Below are positions 61,701-64,000 of a stretch of DNA of 64,000 nt, in pieces. Both the position numbers and the translations under genes were made by a program. Where the stretch lies: contig NC_081372.1 in NCBI RefSeq assembly GCF_030684315.1, positions 40,058,457 through 40,122,456 of the forward strand, given 5' to 3'. The DNA is from Stegostoma tigrinum (taxonomy: Eukaryota). Position 1 is the stretch's first letter. Each line of letters begins with the position of its first letter. The notes under the pieces were generated by a model. That model was not told where the DNA came from. It was given only the letters and a program-made list of their open reading frames with translations, and searched no databases.

Positions 61701-63539
61701 GAAATACATCATTTGAGCTGTTCCTTCTCCTGTTCTCTACACCGTTGCATTCCTCATTGATCTTGAACATTAGATTCTAAGTATATGGAACTATCATAAT
61801 TTGTGAGGGGAATGGTTTCTGGCATGGTGAGAATACAGACTTTTTAATGGCCTTTTCAAATGGCCTCAAGTGCACAAGATAAGTGAAGTGGCTTGGATAA
61901 AGCCAAGCTGGCCAGATCAGCTTCTCTAAGGAAGTTAAAAGTTAAAAGTTGAAAAACTTTCAAAACACTGAATTCAGGCTTTCAAAACTAGTTCTGTGTG
62001 CCAACACTTTCATTGAGGTTGGCCACAAAATTTAATCTCACTCTTCTGCCTCACAACTCAGCTTTGCTTAACAATGATTCCACACTGTGGTCTTGCTTCA
62101 TTGAGCCGTGTAAGTTGCAGACAGCTCAGGAAGGTTCAATTCACAGTGCAGGAAATCACAGAAGCACTAAAATGGTCGCAGCACAGAAGGTGGCCCTTCA
62201 GCCCATTAGAATCACAAAGAGCTGGATGGAATATGCAAGGCTGAGATAGACAGATTTTTAATCAATAAAGCATATAACAGTTATGTGAGTGAGCAGTAAG
62301 GAAGCAAGCTAAGAGTCAGAAGACACATCCTGGTGCATGACAGTGCCTGCATGCAAAGCAACCTGACAGAAAGGTGCAAATTGTTGATGTTCCTGAACTC
62401 CAAAGTAATGTGTTCAAGTGTTTAAGTTCTGTGGGAGTAGGTCCAGGAACCGGCATGATAATGTGATGAGGTGAGACTGACACTTTTCCAGAATAAAATG
62501 ATCCTTTTACACATTCATTTCTCATAATCCAAATTCTCCTTCGTCCATTTCCTTTCAATTGCTGCAAAACTGTCTGGAACTGTAGGCAGTATTCCAAGTG
62601 TGATTTCATCAATGCAGCAGGATTATGTCAGTATTTCAGCTCAATAATAACCTCCGAATGCATCCAAATATTAGGTGAGATTAGTTTACTGCCATTGACC
62701 TTAAGCACTGGGCAGGTAGTGAATCTGTGCTTGTGGCACTGACGGGCTTCAGACAGATGTACAGGATTGACCTGGGGTGGTGGACAGGCATTTAGGAGTC
62801 TCTGGTCAAAAGCTTGAGTCAGCAGCCCGTCCTGTGATGGCAATTCTACTCCTATGGACATGTTGGTGCTGCCATGGAGAGACCATTAGCAGTTGGGTCT
62901 CTAGATCTCTTAGTTCACATGCGCATAGCTTCCAGTTGAGATGTAATTACTTGTTCTCCAGCTTTGGTGCAATAGTTAGATATGTAGAAAGCTAATGAAG
63001 TGATGCAGAAAGAGTTGTAGACAAAGCAACAGACTCTTTCCTCTGCCAGCAGCTGTCAATATATCGAATAGCACAGCTTTGTATTTGTTGATCAATTCTG
63101 TATTCAATATCTTTATTGCCAGCCATTCAAAGAAACTCTCATTCTTTCAGTCTGAATTTAGGACCATTTCAAATTCATTCACTGGCAAACAAATTGTTTG
63201 GATGGGCATGAGCAGGAAAATACTTTCAAAAAGGATGAACATATTTTAAGACAAAAGTTGATAAAAACATGAGATGAATTTAATTGCGAATGATGAAATC
63301 AAAAATCCCAGAATAATGTAAGAAAGAGGCAGGAGAGGATTGCAAGTTTGGATAAATGGTATTGAATGGGCCTTCCTCACCCAAACCTGCCTTGTGACTT
63401 TGATTGAAAGAAAAAAGTTTTGTTCATGTTATAATCACTACAGCAATATGTTTACCCCTGCATGTTTTATTGTTGGATATCGTAGAGAAACATTCTAAAG
63501 GATCCATGAGGATATGGTAGTGGTTGAGTTATTGAGTGT

Positions 63540-64000
63540 TTGAGTCCCTCTTGCACAGAAGGGAAGGGGGGATAAGAAGAGAGTGTTAGTCACTGGGGAC
63601 TCAATAGTTAGAGGGACTGATAGAAGGTTTGTTGGGAACGAAAAAGACTCACGGTTGGTGTGTTGCCTCCCAGGTGCCAGGGTCCGTGATGTCTCGGATC
63701 GTGTCTTTGGTGTCCTAAAGGGAGAGGGTGACCAGCCCCAAGTCGTGGTCCACATAGGCACCAACGACATAGGTAGAAAGAGGGACAGGGATGTCAGGCA
63801 GGAGTTCAGGGAGATAGGGTGGAAGCTGAGAACTAGAACAAACAGAGTAGTTTATCTCTGGTTTGTTACCCATGCCACATGATAGCGAGGCAAAGAACAG
63901 GGAGAGATTTCAGCTGAACACGTAGCTGCAGGGATGGTGCAGGAGGGAGGGCTTCAGGTATATGGACAATTGGGGCTCATTCTTGGGAAGGTGGGACCTT
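63540..64000 (+). mobile_element. CR1 ORF1 SGNH/GDSL esterase region (runs off window end)
   Basis: VTGDSIVRG...CCLPGARV...VVVHIGTNDIG, i.e. the GDS, G and GxND blocks. Confidence 0.9.

Overview
Eukaryotic, CpG-depleted, repeat-dominated genomic DNA, almost certainly from a shark or ray (inferred from HE1-type SINEs, amniote/shark-type CR1 LINEs and a Deu-domain SINE fragment). I cannot support any intact host protein-coding gene, so the window reads as intronic or intergenic. Roughly half is recognisable transposon sequence: CR1 LINEs of several ages (one nearly intact ORF2 at 12.1-14.2 kb, SGNH-esterase ORF1 remnants), a second CR1-group/L2-like LINE family, HE1-like SINEs, Gypsy LTR fossils, and Penelope-like elements (PLEs) with GIY-YIG endonuclease remnants. 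The main signals are: (1) more than a dozen dispersed PLE termini carrying a minimal type-I hammerhead ribozyme motif, many as short fold-back insertions with 11-16 bp target duplications; (2) an inverted duplication of host flank around one PLE; (3) three PIF/Harbinger fossils not evident from the ORF track, one with a HARBI1-like transposase remnant followed by a spliced Myb/SANT gene; (4) a LINE whose endonuclease follows a tRNA-like head, with head+tail SINE derivatives. Repeat boundaries were read by eye and are approximate (tens of bp) unless a TSD is quoted. Family assignments are from memory of consensus motifs, not from database searches.
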